From Macrostomum lignano (lineage: Eukaryota), in contig NIVC01000495.1 in the NCBI GenBank assembly GCA_002269645.1, positions 83,083-147,082 on the forward strand: a stretch of 64,000 bases of DNA, written 5' to 3'. Of this stretch, positions 44,430 to 57,800 are shown piece by piece. The notes below the pieces were generated by a model that was given only the letters and a program-made list of their open reading frames with translations, made no database searches and had not been told where the DNA came from. The translations under genes and the position numbers were made by a program. Every line of letters starts with the position of its first letter. The first letter of the stretch is position 1.

Positions 44430-46830
44430 GTAAGTCGGGATGGGGTTTGTTTTCTTCTTTAAAGATGGGATTTGGTAGCGTTCTACATGTAGCTGTGCTG
44501 TGCAATTAATATGAGCTGTTTTTTTAAATATGCTATATATAGTAAGGGCCCCAATCAGCTGAATATATTCCACTGCAAGTGAACTCACCTCGACATATTC
44601 TACTCAATAGAATAGAATATTTCGCAGTAGAAACGTTTCAGCTATTATAGATGATAATGGTAATGGGTATGATGCTCCACTCGTAATATGGGAAAGCGTT
44701 CATATTAAAGATCCTTGATCTTTGAAGACTTCTCAGATCTGTAATTAATTCTTGTGTAAACGAAAGGAGCTTCCTCGTCAAAAGTAATTCACGGCTCGGC
44801 TGCACCGCTCATCCATCAGGTCGCGAGACGCTGAGCTCAAGCGACTGAGGCTTAATCGAACGGATCAGTAATCTGCATGGAGACTGGCGGGAACAGGAGG
44901 CGAGGAGTTGCTCAGGGCCTGTGAGCACGCGGGCATGAATAAGCCAGGCTGCTGTCTCCCCAGGTCACATCTCGTCAATAATAGAGCCCTGTTGACAAGC
45001 TTTTAATCAATTGGTTGGCTGGCTGTGTGCTGTAGACACTGAGCAGAAATCCTCATACTCGAGGCCTTTTAATTAGTTTGATATGGGGGCCACTTCAGCT
45101 TCCTCCTTTGCGCCAAGGACTTCTAGTCAATGCGGCGCCAATCCCCAAATTCTGACGTTGAAATCCGGCTTGAGACTCGCCTTCCAAATGCAGACCTGAT
45201 TTGCATAAAGCTGCAGTTATTGATCGGCCTCTGCGGCAAGTTCATAGGGGTCCGAGACCATGTCAAAGCAGTTCTAGTTCAGCTGCCATTCGGTAGACCT
45301 CTCCTCTCTCTCTAGTGCTTGTCTCTACGGAAAGTCAGACAGGAAGCGTACAGCCGCAGAGCTCAGTGGGAAACTCCTGAATTTAGGTTTAATAGGATTC
45401 CGATTGGAATCTATCAAATAGGCACCGCTTCGTCCTCCGGTAAGCTATTTATGGTACAATTCTGCTACGTCAAGTGAAAATACCACTCTGTCACACAGAC
45501 TGAGTTAAATCTGAGTCGCTCTCGCTCATGGCTTTGCCAAAATTCTGATGGGGCACACAACGCGGCGTCCTGGTGTTGTAGAATGCTTTCTGATGAATTG
45601 CTTACAGATTTGGGAAAGCGATTCGTGGAGCATTTGCAACATAGTGAGATGCCTTGTTTACACACAAAGGCCTGTGTGTGTACAAGAGAGCCACTTTGTG
45701 GGCAGATGCCATGGCCGGATTTTCCAATTCCCTCTCGCTTCAGCCCCTCCCCAGCCCGATCCCATTCCAGCAGACTCTCGCATCTTTCTGTCCGCGGAAT
45801 TCGCCTGTCTTTTCTGAATATCCTCTTCTGCTCATCTCACTTTTTTTGCTAATTAGTGAAGGATAGGTATGCAGGCTGTGCCTCTCAGTCTGCTTTCGCG
45901 GCAGAGTTTCCTGACCCGCTGGCTGCCCCGCACCTCATCAGTCTCGGCCGTCTGTTGCTGCATGGCGATCGCAAAGTTTGCCTGCTCACGCTCGCGAGTT
46001 TGCGGGACCTGCCAGTCCGCATTCCGGACTCGCCCGATTGCAAAATCATGCGCATTTGTTTATTGCTGAATTAGGCGGAGAAAGCCCGCACTGACTTGCT
46101 GTTTGCTTGCCCCCCCCCCCTGCCGCCCGATCTTAAGCTGCGGGCAAAGCTAATCCACTGGAAATGACTGAGATGCTATATATGTTAGGCGGATATTGCC
46201 CTTGGGACAAAAATAAATGCCACTCGCTTCCCATTTCGCTTTGGGATCTTTGAATGCCTCCGCTGAGTCCTCATCTGCCTCTTTTATAATTATGCATCGA
46301 TGACTGAGCATCCCGAGTCCTTCAGCCCAGCCGATTTGCCAGGCCTGAAACTTGGACCACCCACGCACCTTGCTAAAAATGTCACAGGGGTTATGCGCTG
46401 AGCTGCTGGATGCTCTGAGTCCTTGCTTCTTGCTTTGACAGAAATCCGATTAACCTCTTTGGACAAATCTTATCGCACACTTAGTGAGACATTTCCGTGT
46501 GTAAGTCGTGCGTGCTGTAAGATACAAATTAGCTAGCATTTAGCATTTCAGAATAAGATTTGAATTCATTTATCCGAGTTTCATAGGATCTTATGCAACT
46601 CAATAAACGTTACTTGTTGCTGTATTATGGGTGCTCAGAAAACTCAGACCATAAAGCATGTTTATAGTACGTTACGTGGCGTCAGCTTATGCAATTGCTC
46701 TGCTGCCAGAAGAGGGGCATTAAAATACTAAGGTAATTATTGTTCTATTTTATGTCTATAACGACGGCATGTGTTTAGCGCTCTAATATCTATGGCCAAG
46801 ACATATATCGTTCGTGTATTACTATTACTA

Positions 46831-47594
46831 TAGATTTTTACAGCCCATTTGGGCTTACGCGCATTGAATTTAATCCAAGATAGGCTTGCCAATGTAACTG
46901 GGCTTTTGTCTATGGTAGCAAGGCTGGCACAGCGGCATTTAGTTTGATCCAACGAGCATCAATTTGATCCAAACGCTCGTGAGCCATTCGGCAAATTCTT
47001 GCCCTCTTGCAACTGTCTGCTGGTTGTTGCGCACCGCTGGAATGTCGGCGTCTGTACCAACAATTTTCAGTCGTTTTTCCAGAGCTCTGCTGATAGTCGA
47101 AATGATGAAATCTGACAACCAACTGAAACTGTTCCTTCACTTCTGCTGCACTTCTACAACGTCAACAAAGGATTCGTCTCAACTGCATCGAGTAGCAGTT
47201 GGACCTCAGGCTCTCGCAACTTGCCTTGGCGATTGCCAACACCCTTTTGCAGGCGACCTCTGCCGGCAGTGGTTTTAACGCGCTAATGAATGCTGTAAAC
47301 CATCTTTTCTTTTACATTCGGCAGCCTTGCAATGTCATTTGGGTGTTTATTGAGTGCTTCGATCACAGCCCAATGGCACTCGTTCGACAGCTTAGCATAT
47401 GGTCCACAATTCTGGGACTGATCTTACTCCACCACAGCAGTTGCAAATGAAGCTATGGACCAAATTGATTATTGTTGGACCAAATTAAATGTCGCTGCCA
47501 GCCTTGATACCATAGACAAAAGCTCCGGTACATTGGCAAACCTATCTTGGATTAAACTCAATGCGCGTAAGCCCAAATGGGCTGCAAAAATCTA
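46831..47594 (-). mobile_element. Internally deleted IS630/Tc1-type DNA transposon in the MATH-gene intron
   Basis: TA|TAGATTTTTACAGCCCATTTGGG ... CCCAAATGGGCTGCAAAAATCTA|TA, ~140-bp TIRs. The minus-strand core gives an interrupted N-terminal HTH (IARLPNVKEKMVYSIH*RVKTT...LLDAVETNPLLTL...STISRALEKRL...VRNN...EFAEWL); no DDE domain. Confidence 0.85.
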
Positions 47595-48546
47595 TATTAA
47601 AACAATTTTTGCCGGCTTTTGGTCAGTCACTGTCCATTGGACAAGAAGTGGCCGGAAATCTTAGATCCGGCAACAATCATTTACAGATGGAAAACAATGA
47701 GCTATTGTTGCCAGGAAAGGGCTTTCGATTATTAGGTGTAAAAGGCAACAATAGATTTTTAGTTCCTTATATTTTTGAACAAAAAATTGCATATAAAAGT
47801 CAGTTAATAGCTGCTTGCAGCTGCTTGAAGGTTTCTTCAAACCAGTTTAAACTGAGAGTTATCGGGCGTCCCTTGGTTACAAACACTTTCGAATGTCATC
47901 GCTAATTCTCTCTCATTTTCTTTTTTGCCATGCAGCCTTGAATTAATAATAGTAATCCGAACGACAGTGAGCCGAAATGGCTTTGATCATAAATACCCTT
48001 TGTTCCTATATTTGTCGCTTATTTTCCCTAAAAGACCTGTACCTGTCAATCCGTTGAACACCTTTTCTTTGACAGCCTTTGAGAGCCGAATTGTCCTGCA
48101 GATGCTTGCGAATAGGACACAGGAGCATCGGTCCCGTCCTTTTGTTTTGACGCCCTTTCCTAGAAAGATAGAGGGAGGAAAGCCTCTTTATCCGCTTCGC
48201 TTACCAGGCACTGTCTACGTGCATAGTCTCATTCAATTTTTCAATCGACACACAGCAGAGAGGCGAGTTTCAGAGCGCCTTGTCGCACAATTTGTCAGCT
48301 TTCTGTTTGCTGCAACCGATTGTCGCGACTACAACTGACTTGAATTTCATGTAGAATTTAAGAAAATAGTTTTTTATCAAGAAACAAGAAAATTTTCTTT
48401 TATTGATACTAAGATGTATCTGCGTATTGAGAGCGCTCCAATGACCGGGTGACATGAGTCTCGTTCGTTTCAAGCGACCCGCTGCACTGCCTGAGATGAA
48501 CTTATAAAGATGCCAAAGGAATTTGCAATCCAAACTTCTCCCCCAG

Positions 48547-48689
48547 ATCTGCGACCACAACGCCGGCTACACAGAGCCGCGGACTGGCTGCCTGACGGTG
48601 TACATCGAGTGGCGGCACTCGCATCTGGTTTACCATGACTTCTATCACCACTACGACGATATTGTTCGGCTGCACAAGCACCAGATGAG
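48547..48689 (+). CDS. MATH-like protein exon 2
   Basis: ctcccccag|ICDHNAGYTEPRTGCLTVYIEWRHSHLVYHDFYHHYDDIVRLHKHQM|gtttga; phase 0 fits exon 1 and supplies the last strand of the third domain. Absent from the ORF track. Confidence 0.8.
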
Positions 48690-48913
48690 GTTTGATTAAA
48701 GAGTAAAAGCATGCATGTTTTACACACAGATGAGGAGTTTAAAGTTACATAAAAGTACAAATATATGCTGTACATGCTAGAGAATCGAAAATCATGGCTA
48801 AACTGAATGATTGGGCTAATAAGATCAATCAACTACACGCATACCTGTAACTCAATATCAATACCGACCAAAAAACTAACGAGTCCACTCCTGCCTTACC
48901 GCGTCCCTATCAG

Positions 48914-49259
48914 CCGGGAAGTGTCGACTCTGCAGTCGGAGAACTACAGCCTAGAGAAACAGATGTTCAACTACCAGTTGAGCATCTCGCGACACGACGC
49001 CGGTGGTGACATCGACGACACCACTGCTGGCAGCGGCGGCAACGGCTGCGCGCGCATCAGCATCTGCGCTGGATCCGAAGGTGCTGAGGTTTCGAACCAA
49101 GCAAGCTTTGAGGCCGTGTCCTCCAATGACTCCGGTATCTCAGCGGGAGAGGCCACGGGAGCGGCAGCATCTGCAGCAGGAGCCTCGGCGAGGCGCCCAA
49201 GCCACAGGTTGCTGCCAAATCTGCCAGCCTCCTTGCCGTATGGAAACCATGGGCAGTAG
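48914..49259 (+). CDS. MATH-like protein terminal exon (coiled coil and low-complexity tail)
   Basis: ctatcag|SREVSTLQSENYSLEKQMFNYQLSI...HGQ*; phase 2 fits. Assembled protein 548 aa. Confidence 0.8.
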
Positions 49260-50469
49260 TTGTATTGAACTTGTGTGCAGAATCGGCAGCCTATTCATTA
49301 GTCGTTATTGATCATGGTAACTGCTGCGTTCCAAAATCGAATTCCACTGATCATTTTGTTCATATCCCCTCTATTAAAGCATTCGCATCAAAGCCCTTTC
49401 GTCCGTTTAAAAGTTTTGTGATTTCTGGTATGTTATATTATGTATCGTAGGAGTTCCTGTTCAGTGCATAATAACTGCTTTCAATATACTTTATGAATAT
49501 TGTCATTCTGCCCACCAAAGTGGCTTGAATAAGACATGTAAAAAGGATTTTAATGTAAGTGTTTCTAACGTAAAAGCTAAATAGGTATATATTGTCCAGA
49601 GCACATGCCAATGCTTTGCCTCCCCCCGGGGCCCCGACTTGGTTGCGAAAAAAATCGAAATGAGCCATCAATGACCAAAATGAAAAGAAAGGATCCCTTT
49701 CTTACTTTTTTATGACTGCTTAGGAGTTTCTATAGGACAGCTGCATAATTACCTGTCTGTGGTGCCAAGCGAATGCCAGGCGCAGCAATCTTGGTGATCA
49801 TGAAATAAAATTCCGCCTGTTAATTTGCTTTTAGTAGAGAAAATTTTGCAATAAATAAACTACGTCATACATGCCGAGCGTAGCCACATAGCTAAAGCAT
49901 AGTTTTGTTCAAATAGCAGCTGCAACAATTGTTAAAACACATGATTGAAGGATATTCACTCCTTCCTCAAATGTTATATCCTTCCGCTGTCAACTCCCAA
50001 TCCTGCGCTGTCCCGAAGAACTTTAATCCCGATGCATCTGGTCCCCTAAGGAAAAAAGGAAAACTGCTGGTCTAAGGACTGCTCTGCGATTGCGATTAGC
50101 ATAATCGATATCTGTGTAGCTAAGCAAATTAACGTAAATACCATGAGCTCGAGTAGCGCAGTCCCATTTTAAGAAATTGTTTCTCATTCCTCTATGTACC
50201 TTATTATTAATTATCCCGTTCATGCTTGTATCATGACTGTATTGGAGTGTTTGATCTCTCTCTCTCTCTCTCTCTCTCTCTTTTGCTCTCGTCATTGCCT
50301 TCTCTCCCACGTGCCCTGGCATCGCGTTTTCGGCTTTCCACTGCTACACAACAGTGGCACGCTGCGCTCACTGTACCAAATTCGTATATTCATTTATATG
50401 CTCAAGTATACGGTCATGAAAGGCCGGATTCTACACCTACAAGAGCGCACTACAGTGGCATCGAAAGCA

Positions 50470-51156
50470 GGCCTACCCACCCTGCCGACTTTGAACTTGC
50501 GCGAGGAGCCCCATGCGGCACATACAAAGTGGAGCAAATGTTGGATCAGTTCCAGCTGTTTGCCGCGGCCGTTGATATCTCTGACCAGAAGCGACTGCGC
50601 CAACGCCTCTACACAGCAGGCGAGAACCTACAGGCCATTGCAGCCGGATTTGACGACACCGGTGATGACGTCGACAAGCTCGACAAGAAATCTCAATGAG
50701 CACTTCATCAGTCAATTCTAACTGTCCTTCACTCTGCTTCCAGCAGACAGGAGAGTCCCTGCACGACTGAGAGTCCCTGCGGCGGCTCAACGATACTGCG
50801 GACTGCTGCTGCAAATTCGAAGGCCTCCGGGATTCGCTGATAAGAGACCAGCTGATTGCCGGCTGCAGCTCCGAGCAGCTCCGCATGAGGCTGCTGGGAA
50901 TGGACAACGTGGACTTTGGCCAGGCAGTTCGGGTGGCCAGGGCAATGGAGGCAGCTGAGGCGCAGGCCAGCTTCATGGAGACCAGCGCTGCGACCGTGTA
51001 GGCCCGCCCGCCGCCAGATCAGCCGCAGAGATCACAGCTACGCAGACTGTGATCATACAAAAGTGCATCCGCTGCGGCAGCTTCTGCCAACGCAGCTGCA
51101 GTGAAGCGGTAGGCCAGACCTGCAACCGATGCAGCAAGCCGAATCAACAAGCCAAG
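50470..51156 (+). pseudogene. Decayed Ty3/gypsy-type LTR retrotransposon gag
   Basis: Across frameshifts: LPTLPTLNL..TKW / LDQFQLFAAAVDISDQKR..LYTAG / LNEHF / GES..LRRL..LRDSLIRDQLIAGCSSEQLRMRLL..AVRVARAMEA / KCIRCG..TCNRCSKPN (zinc-knuckle remnant). Confidence 0.82.
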
Positions 51157-51441
51157 CAGGGGCGTCGCCATGGATTTTTATCGTGGGGGGGGGGAGGGGC
51201 TATATCTTCAGAATCGGTGTTGTCAGCACTCATTATAGCGCCGCAGGCACTCATTTTAGCGCCGCAGCCACTCATTTTAGCTCCGCAGGCACTTTGTTTG
51301 TCGACCTGCAGCAAAATTATTGCATGATTTCCATAACGAGTCACAAGGTGGGGTGGGGGACAAAGCATTGGCGTGTCCCCCCATATCTTTTACTCGGGGG
51401 GACATGTCCTCCCTGTCCCCCCCCCGTTGGCGACGCCCCTG
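51157..51441. mobile_element. 285-bp hAT-type MITE interrupting the gag relic
   Basis: TIR CAGGGGCGTCGCCA ... TGGCGACGCCCCTG; imperfect 8-bp flanks AAGCCAAG / CCGCCAAG; internal 21-bp triplication. Confidence 0.82.
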
Positions 51442-51825
51442 CCGCCAAGGCCTCGCTGCTGTCCGGCTGGAGGAGTGCGAGCTCCGATAGTTGGCAGCGA
51501 GAAAGTGCAGTACCCCCGAACACCCGAACCCGTACTCATGAGACGGAATTACACTTCCGGTTCTAACAACAAACTTTTGGCAAGCAGTGTTGCCGCTCCC
51601 GCATACAGTATATTTTTCAGAGAATATAGCTGTGTATGAGTACATTCTGTCGAGGACTTTGCTTAAAAACCCGGTAATCTCCCCAATAAAACAAATTAGA
51701 AAGACTTTTTTTACTCGAATACTAATAAATAATAATTAGTCAGCCACATATAATGAATCTAGGTTTTTTAAATAACCTTTTTACTACATCTAAATGCTGT
51801 TGTTCTTAATATTGTCACTAATCAA

Positions 51826-54800
51826 CCACCCGTGTTTGCTTAAAACTAACGAAAACAGCACGATTTAAGTTTTTTGTTTACGGTATGACAGCATGCTGGT
51901 TGCTGTCTCAGCTTGCTGGTTAATCGAAAAATGATTGTTACAATATCAACAAAGCTAGTTAACTTTTTAGCGCCAATAAATGCATTCATGTTTTAGTAGC
52001 TTGTTGCAGGACTCTCTTTCTGCTGTGGGTTTCTTGTTAGTTAGTTTTAGACATGCATCATGACGGTAGGCCTAGGCCCTTGCAGCTTAAATTTAAATGC
52101 TTTCTACTCGCTGAAGGCACGTGCGTGCGTGCTGCTGGCCGGCAACTAGGAAACTAGGGTCTAAAATCCATGTAGTTCTAAAACTGAGCTGGGGTGAAGG
52201 CTGTGTGGCTAAGCCTACACATGACATGCCTAAACTAGGCTTACTACTATAAGGCATTGAATTAGACCTAGGTTGTGCTGTACCTGTAGCTTAGTAGAGA
52301 TTTTTTAATAAAATAATTGGTTCTAATTCTAAATTCTAATACTATGGTATTAAACGAACTAACAAGTCTGGTTTATTTAAGTGAAGTTAATTGTGTTGTT
52401 TAAAAGGTAATCTAGCCACTTGGTATAGGCCTACTCCTACTCCTAGGCCTAGGCCAGCCCCAGTGGGCCTAGCCAGGTAGAAGTTTAGTAGTAGGTAGGC
52501 GGTAGGCCTAGTAGTTGAGTGAGTTGAGTTGAGTAGAAAAAAGTAGGGCCTAAGCCTTTGCTTCCCATATAGTCATATGCAAAAAATATCAGTTTTTATT
52601 CTAGAGAGTAAGAGAGACTAAGAGTGAGTGCAATTCTAGGTTTAGACCTAATTAGAAAAAATAACCAGATATTGCTATAAAGTAGGCTATAATGCTAATA
52701 TTGTATTGGCCATTAAAAAAATATTTGACTTTGAAAAAGTTCTTGGCTATAAAGTAGTGTATATTTCATTGCTATATTATAATATTAAATAGGCCGGCTT
52801 CCAGACAGTCTGGCGACACAGCCGTGTCCCACTCATGAGGCCATTCTATCCTCGGAAAACATGGCCTTGCAGCCCAGCAATGAATGTAGTGGTGTAGCGC
52901 TGCATGTATTTCTAGCTTTATTTTACATTGTATTGAAAACATTTGTGCATATATGCACAAAAAAGTTCTTTCATTGAAACGGTTATACCCTTTTACATTT
53001 TACATATATATTGGCAATGCCAATGCCAATGGCTTAATTTAATTTAAGCAGTTCTATACACCTAAAAATATGGGCCCTAAAATTTATGCTTTTTCTTCAG
53101 TTAGTGTTATGGTATATAAAAGGCGCATATATCCAAGACCTATCTATATAATATAATGGTATTTCTATATATAAATAGTAATGTTAATTGCTAAATAAAA
53201 AATAGAGCTTGACTAGTAAACCATTTGCTAGTATATGACTGGGTTATTATTTTTTATTAACAGAGCCAGATTTGTCTATATTGTTGATATATTTCTAGCC
53301 AAAGCATTATAGTATTAGTTGCCTATATTAGCTATTAGCTATGCCTTGCCTAGATATAGTATAGGGCCTTAATTCTATCTAGCCTAGGATAGAACTCTAT
53401 AGCTTTAAGGACTTAATTTTAATGTAGGCCTATTAAGTTTTTAATCCATTTTACACAAAATTGACTATTTGATTTGATATCAAACCTATTTAATTTAAGC
53501 CCTAGGCCTAGCCAAAATAAATCATTGCTAAATAGAATTGAAATTTAAAATTAAATATACTAGGCCTAGCCTACCAAAATTTATATATACCAAGTTATAT
53601 ATAGTGCTAGGCCTAGGGCTAAAGAAAAGTTGAACCCTAATAATACTATTAATTATACTAATGAATTAGTGAGTAAACTTGAAGCCTGCCTACTAGGCCT
53701 AATATAAATAATTAAGCATACAAGCAAATATTAGAGATTTAGTATATTTGGTTTGGATTAATATATTCTAATTAGGTCTATATTTGATTCAAAATAGCTA
53801 AGCCTACCTAAGCTTTAGCCTAGGCTAAAGATAAAAGCATGAATTTAGCCTTTTTATTGGATTAAAATATGTTTAGTTAGCATGCTTGGGTTGGGTGTAA
53901 ACCCCTTTTTCATCTTTCTATATCCTATTTTCTTATTCTCTATCTTCTATCCTTATACTCTTTTCTACCCTTTTTACCCTCCCCTTACCTTTTGATCCTA
54001 TCCTCTTCAACCTATCTCTATCCTTTTCTACTAGGTTCTACCCTTGTTTATAGCTTTACATTTATTTGTGGCTTCATTCTCTTAGCCCTAGCCCTAGCCC
54101 CAGCTTAGCCCTAGCTTGAGATCAAGCCCCAGCTCAAGCTCTAGCCACACCACAGCCCTAGCAGCCAGCTCTAGCTTAAGCTCAAGCACTAGCCCAGTCC
54201 CAGCCCTATCCCACTCTATCCCAGCCCCTAATCTAGCCCTAACCTTAGCCCTAGCCCTAGTTCCTCCCCTAGCCCTGGCCTTAGCCTTAGTGCTTGTTAT
54301 CCCTGCCCCAGCTCTGGCCCTATCACTATCCTGCCCTAGCCCTAGCCCTTGCCCTAGCCCCAGCCCTAGCCCCAGCCCCAGCCCTAGCCCCAGCCTTTGC
54401 CCTTGCCCTAGCCTTAGCCCAAGCCCAAGCCCCAGCCTTAGCCCCAGCCCCAGCCTTTGCCCTAGCCTTAGCCCAAGCCCAAGCCCTAGCCCTTGCCCTG
54501 CCCTAGCCCCTGCCCTAGCCCTAGCCCCAGCCCTTGCCCTAGCCTTAGCCCTAGCCCTAGCCTTAGCCCAAGCCCAAGCCCTAGCCCAAGCCCTAGCCTA
54601 AGCCCTTGCCCCTGCCCCTGCCCCTGCCCCTGCATTTGCCCTAGCCCCAGCCCCAGCCCCTGCCCTTGCCCTAGCCCTAGCCCCAGCCCCTGCCCTTGCC
54701 CTAGCCCTAGCCCCAGCCCCACCCCACCCAAGCCCTACCCCACCCCAGCGTCAGTCCTACCCCACCCCATCGCCAGCCCTACCCCACCCTAGCGCCAGCC

Positions 54801-57800
54801 CTACCCCACTCCAGCCCCAGCCCTACCCCACCCCAGCCCTACCCCAGCCCTACCCCACCCCAGCCCTACCCCATCTCAGCGCCAGCCCTACCCCATCCCA
54901 GTCTTGGCCCTAGACCCCAGAACTGGCCCTTTCACTATCCTAGCCCTAACCCCAGCAGAATTCTACTTCTTTGACTCCTGCACCCCTGCACTCCCTACAC
55001 CCCGTGCACTCCACATGTGCTGTTTGTATTTTTATGAATGCTTTTTTGTTGCTTTAATCATTAATTCCTCCCAGACAGTCCTTCTAGGCTATCTTTCCTA
55101 GGCAGCCCCCAGGCAAACCTTTCAAGGCAGCTTTCCCAGGCAAACCCTCCCAGACAGCCCCCCTACCCTCCTCTACTCTTCTATCCTCTCCTTACTCTTC
55201 TCTACCCTTTATCCTCCTACTCTCCTCTACTATCCTACACACCTCTATCCTTCTCTACCCTCTACCCCTTCTCTACCCTCTTCTACCAGCTCCTCCCCTC
55301 CTCTGCAGCTATACCCTTGTCTATTGCCTTAACCTCCGTTACCAGCCTCACCCCCTACTCTCCTCTACCAGCTCCTACCCTTCTCTGCCCTTCTACCATT
55401 TCCTACCCTCCTACCTTCTACTCTCCCCTGCCCTGCTCTACCCTTCGACACTTTCCCTTCTCTCTTCTACCAGCTCCTACCCTCCTCTACCAACTCTTAC
55501 CCTCCTAGCCTCCGCCATCAGCTCCTACCCTCCTATAACAGGAGGAATAACAGGATAATGAACCTAGATTAGATTCTATCTACTATACTAGGTTAGTAGC
55601 CTATCCTACCTACTAGGCTGGGTAAGGATGGGTAAGGAGAAGAATATCAAGGCTAGGGGAGAATAGCAAAGAGAAAAAGGGAGAGTGAAAGACCTTAAGC
55701 AAACTGACTTCAACTACTCAGAAGCTTCTAAAAGGAATATTTGAGCAACTATTAGCATATAAGGTAGGGCAGTTTAGCACAACTTGCCTAGTACGAGCTC
55801 GTAGATAGGTATATTAGGACTAACTAGCCTTGTAGGGTACAGAGTTGTTTAGCAACTACTAGTCAGGTAGATAGAGTGGATTAGTACCTAGAAGACTGGC
55901 AGGTTGACCCGCGAAGCCTAACAGACTATAAAGTAGATTAGCACCTATAAGTCTAGACGGTAGAATGATAGGTATTATATTTACTAGCCTAGTAGGTAGG
56001 ATAGGCTACTAACCTAGTATAGTAGATAGAATCTAATCTAGGTTCATTATCCTGTTATTCCTCCTGTTATAGGAGGGTAGGAGCTGATGGCGGAGGCTAG
56101 GAGGGTAAGAGTTGGTAGAGGAGGGTAGGAGCTGGTAGAAGAGAGAAGGGAAAGTGTCGAAGGGTAGAGCAGGGCAGGGGAGAGTAGAAGGTAGGAGGGT
56201 AGGAAATGGTAGAAGGGCAGAGAAGGGTAGGAGCTGGTAGAGGAGAGTAGGGGTGAGGCTGGTAACGGAGGTTAAGGCAATAGACAAGGGTATAGCTGCA
56301 GAGGAGGGGAGGAGCTGGTAGAAGAGGGTAGAGAAGGGGTAGAGGGTAGAGAAGGATAGAGGTGTGTAGGATAGTAGAGGAGAGTAGGAGGATAAAGGGT
56401 AGAGAAGAGTAAGGAGAGGATAGAAGAGTAGAGGAGGGTAGGGGGCTGTCTGGGAGGGTTTGCCTGGGAAAGCTGCCTTGAAAGGTTTGCCTGGGGGCTG
56501 CCTAGGAAAGATAGCCTAGAAGGACTGTCTGGGAGGAATTAATGATTAAAGCAACAAAAAAGCATTCATAAAAATACAAACAGCACATGTGGAGTGCACG
56601 GGGTGTAGGGAGTGCAGGGGTGCAGGAGTCAAAGAAGTAGAATTCTGCTGGGGTTAGGGCTAGGATAGTGAAAGGGCCAGTTCTGGGGGTCTAGGGCCAA
56701 GACTGGGATGGGGTAGGGCTGGCGCTGAGATGGGGTAGGGCTGGGGTGGGGTAGGGCTGGGTAGGGCTGGGGTGGGGTAGGGCTGGGGCTGGAGTGGGGT
56801 AGGGCTGGCGCTAGGGTGGGGTAGGGCTGGCGATGGGGTGGGGTAGGACTGACGCTGGGGTGGGGTAGGGCTTGGGTGGGGTGGGGCTGGGGCTAGGGCT
56901 AGGGCAAGGGCAGGGGCTGGGGCTAGGGCTAGGGCAAGGGCAGGGGCTGGGGCTGGGGCTAGGGCAAATGCAGGGGCAGGGGCAGGGGCAGGGGCAAGGG
57001 CTTAGGCTAGGGCTTGGGCTAGGGCTTGGGCTTGGGCTAAGGCTAGGGCTAGGGCTAAGGCTAGGGCAAGGGCTGGGGCTAGGGCTAGGGCAGGGGCTAG
57101 GGCAGGGGCAAGGGCTAGGGCTTGGGCTTGGGCTAAGGCTAGGGCAAAGGCTGGGGCTGGGGCTAAGGCTGGGGCTTGGGCTTGGGCTAAGGCTAGGGCA
57201 AGGGCAAAGGCTGGGGCTAGGGCTGGGGCTGGGGCTAGGGCTGGGGCTAGGGCAAGGGCTAGGGCTAGGGCAGGATAGTGATAGGGCCAGAGCTGGGGCA
57301 GGGATAACAAGCACTAAGGCTAAGGCCAGGGCTAGGGGAGGAACTAGGGCTAGGGCTAAGGTTAGGGCTAGATTAGGGGCTGGGATAGAGTGGGATAGGG
57401 CTGGGACTGGGCTAGTGCTTGAGCTTAAGCTAGAGCTGGCTGCTAGGGCTGTGGTGTGGCTAGAGCTTGAGCTGGGGCTTGATCTCAAGCTAGGGCTAAG
57501 CTGGGGCTAGGGCTAGGGCTAAGAGAATGAAGCCACAAATAAATGTAAAGCTATAAACAAGGGTAGAACCTAGTAGAAAAGGATAGAGATAGGTTGAAGA
57601 GGATAGGATCAAAAGGTAAGGGGAGGGTAAAAAGGGTAGAAAAGAGTATAAGGATAGAAGATAGAGAATAAGAAAATAGGATATAGAAAGATGAAAAAGG
57701 GGTTTACACCCAACCCAAGCATGCTAACTAAACATATTTTAATCCAATAAAAAGGCTAAATTCATGCTTTTATCTTTAGCCTAGGCTAAAGCTTAGGTAG

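Noticed and set aside
45465-46370. Short ORFs in the MATH-gene intron as possible extra exons
   Set aside because: Exon 1 joins 48547 in phase and completes the domain; these ORFs lack recognisable motifs.
55620-55985. Palindrome spacer as a hypermutated ORF in one specific frame
   Set aside because: Stops are about equally frequent in the two frames checked (12 vs 10), so no coding frame can be claimed; only the TAG excess is reported.
54116-57510. Extensin-like SPSPSP / GLGLGQ ORFs
   Set aside because: Hexamer-repeat translations mirrored in both palindrome arms, open in several frames and without credible starts.
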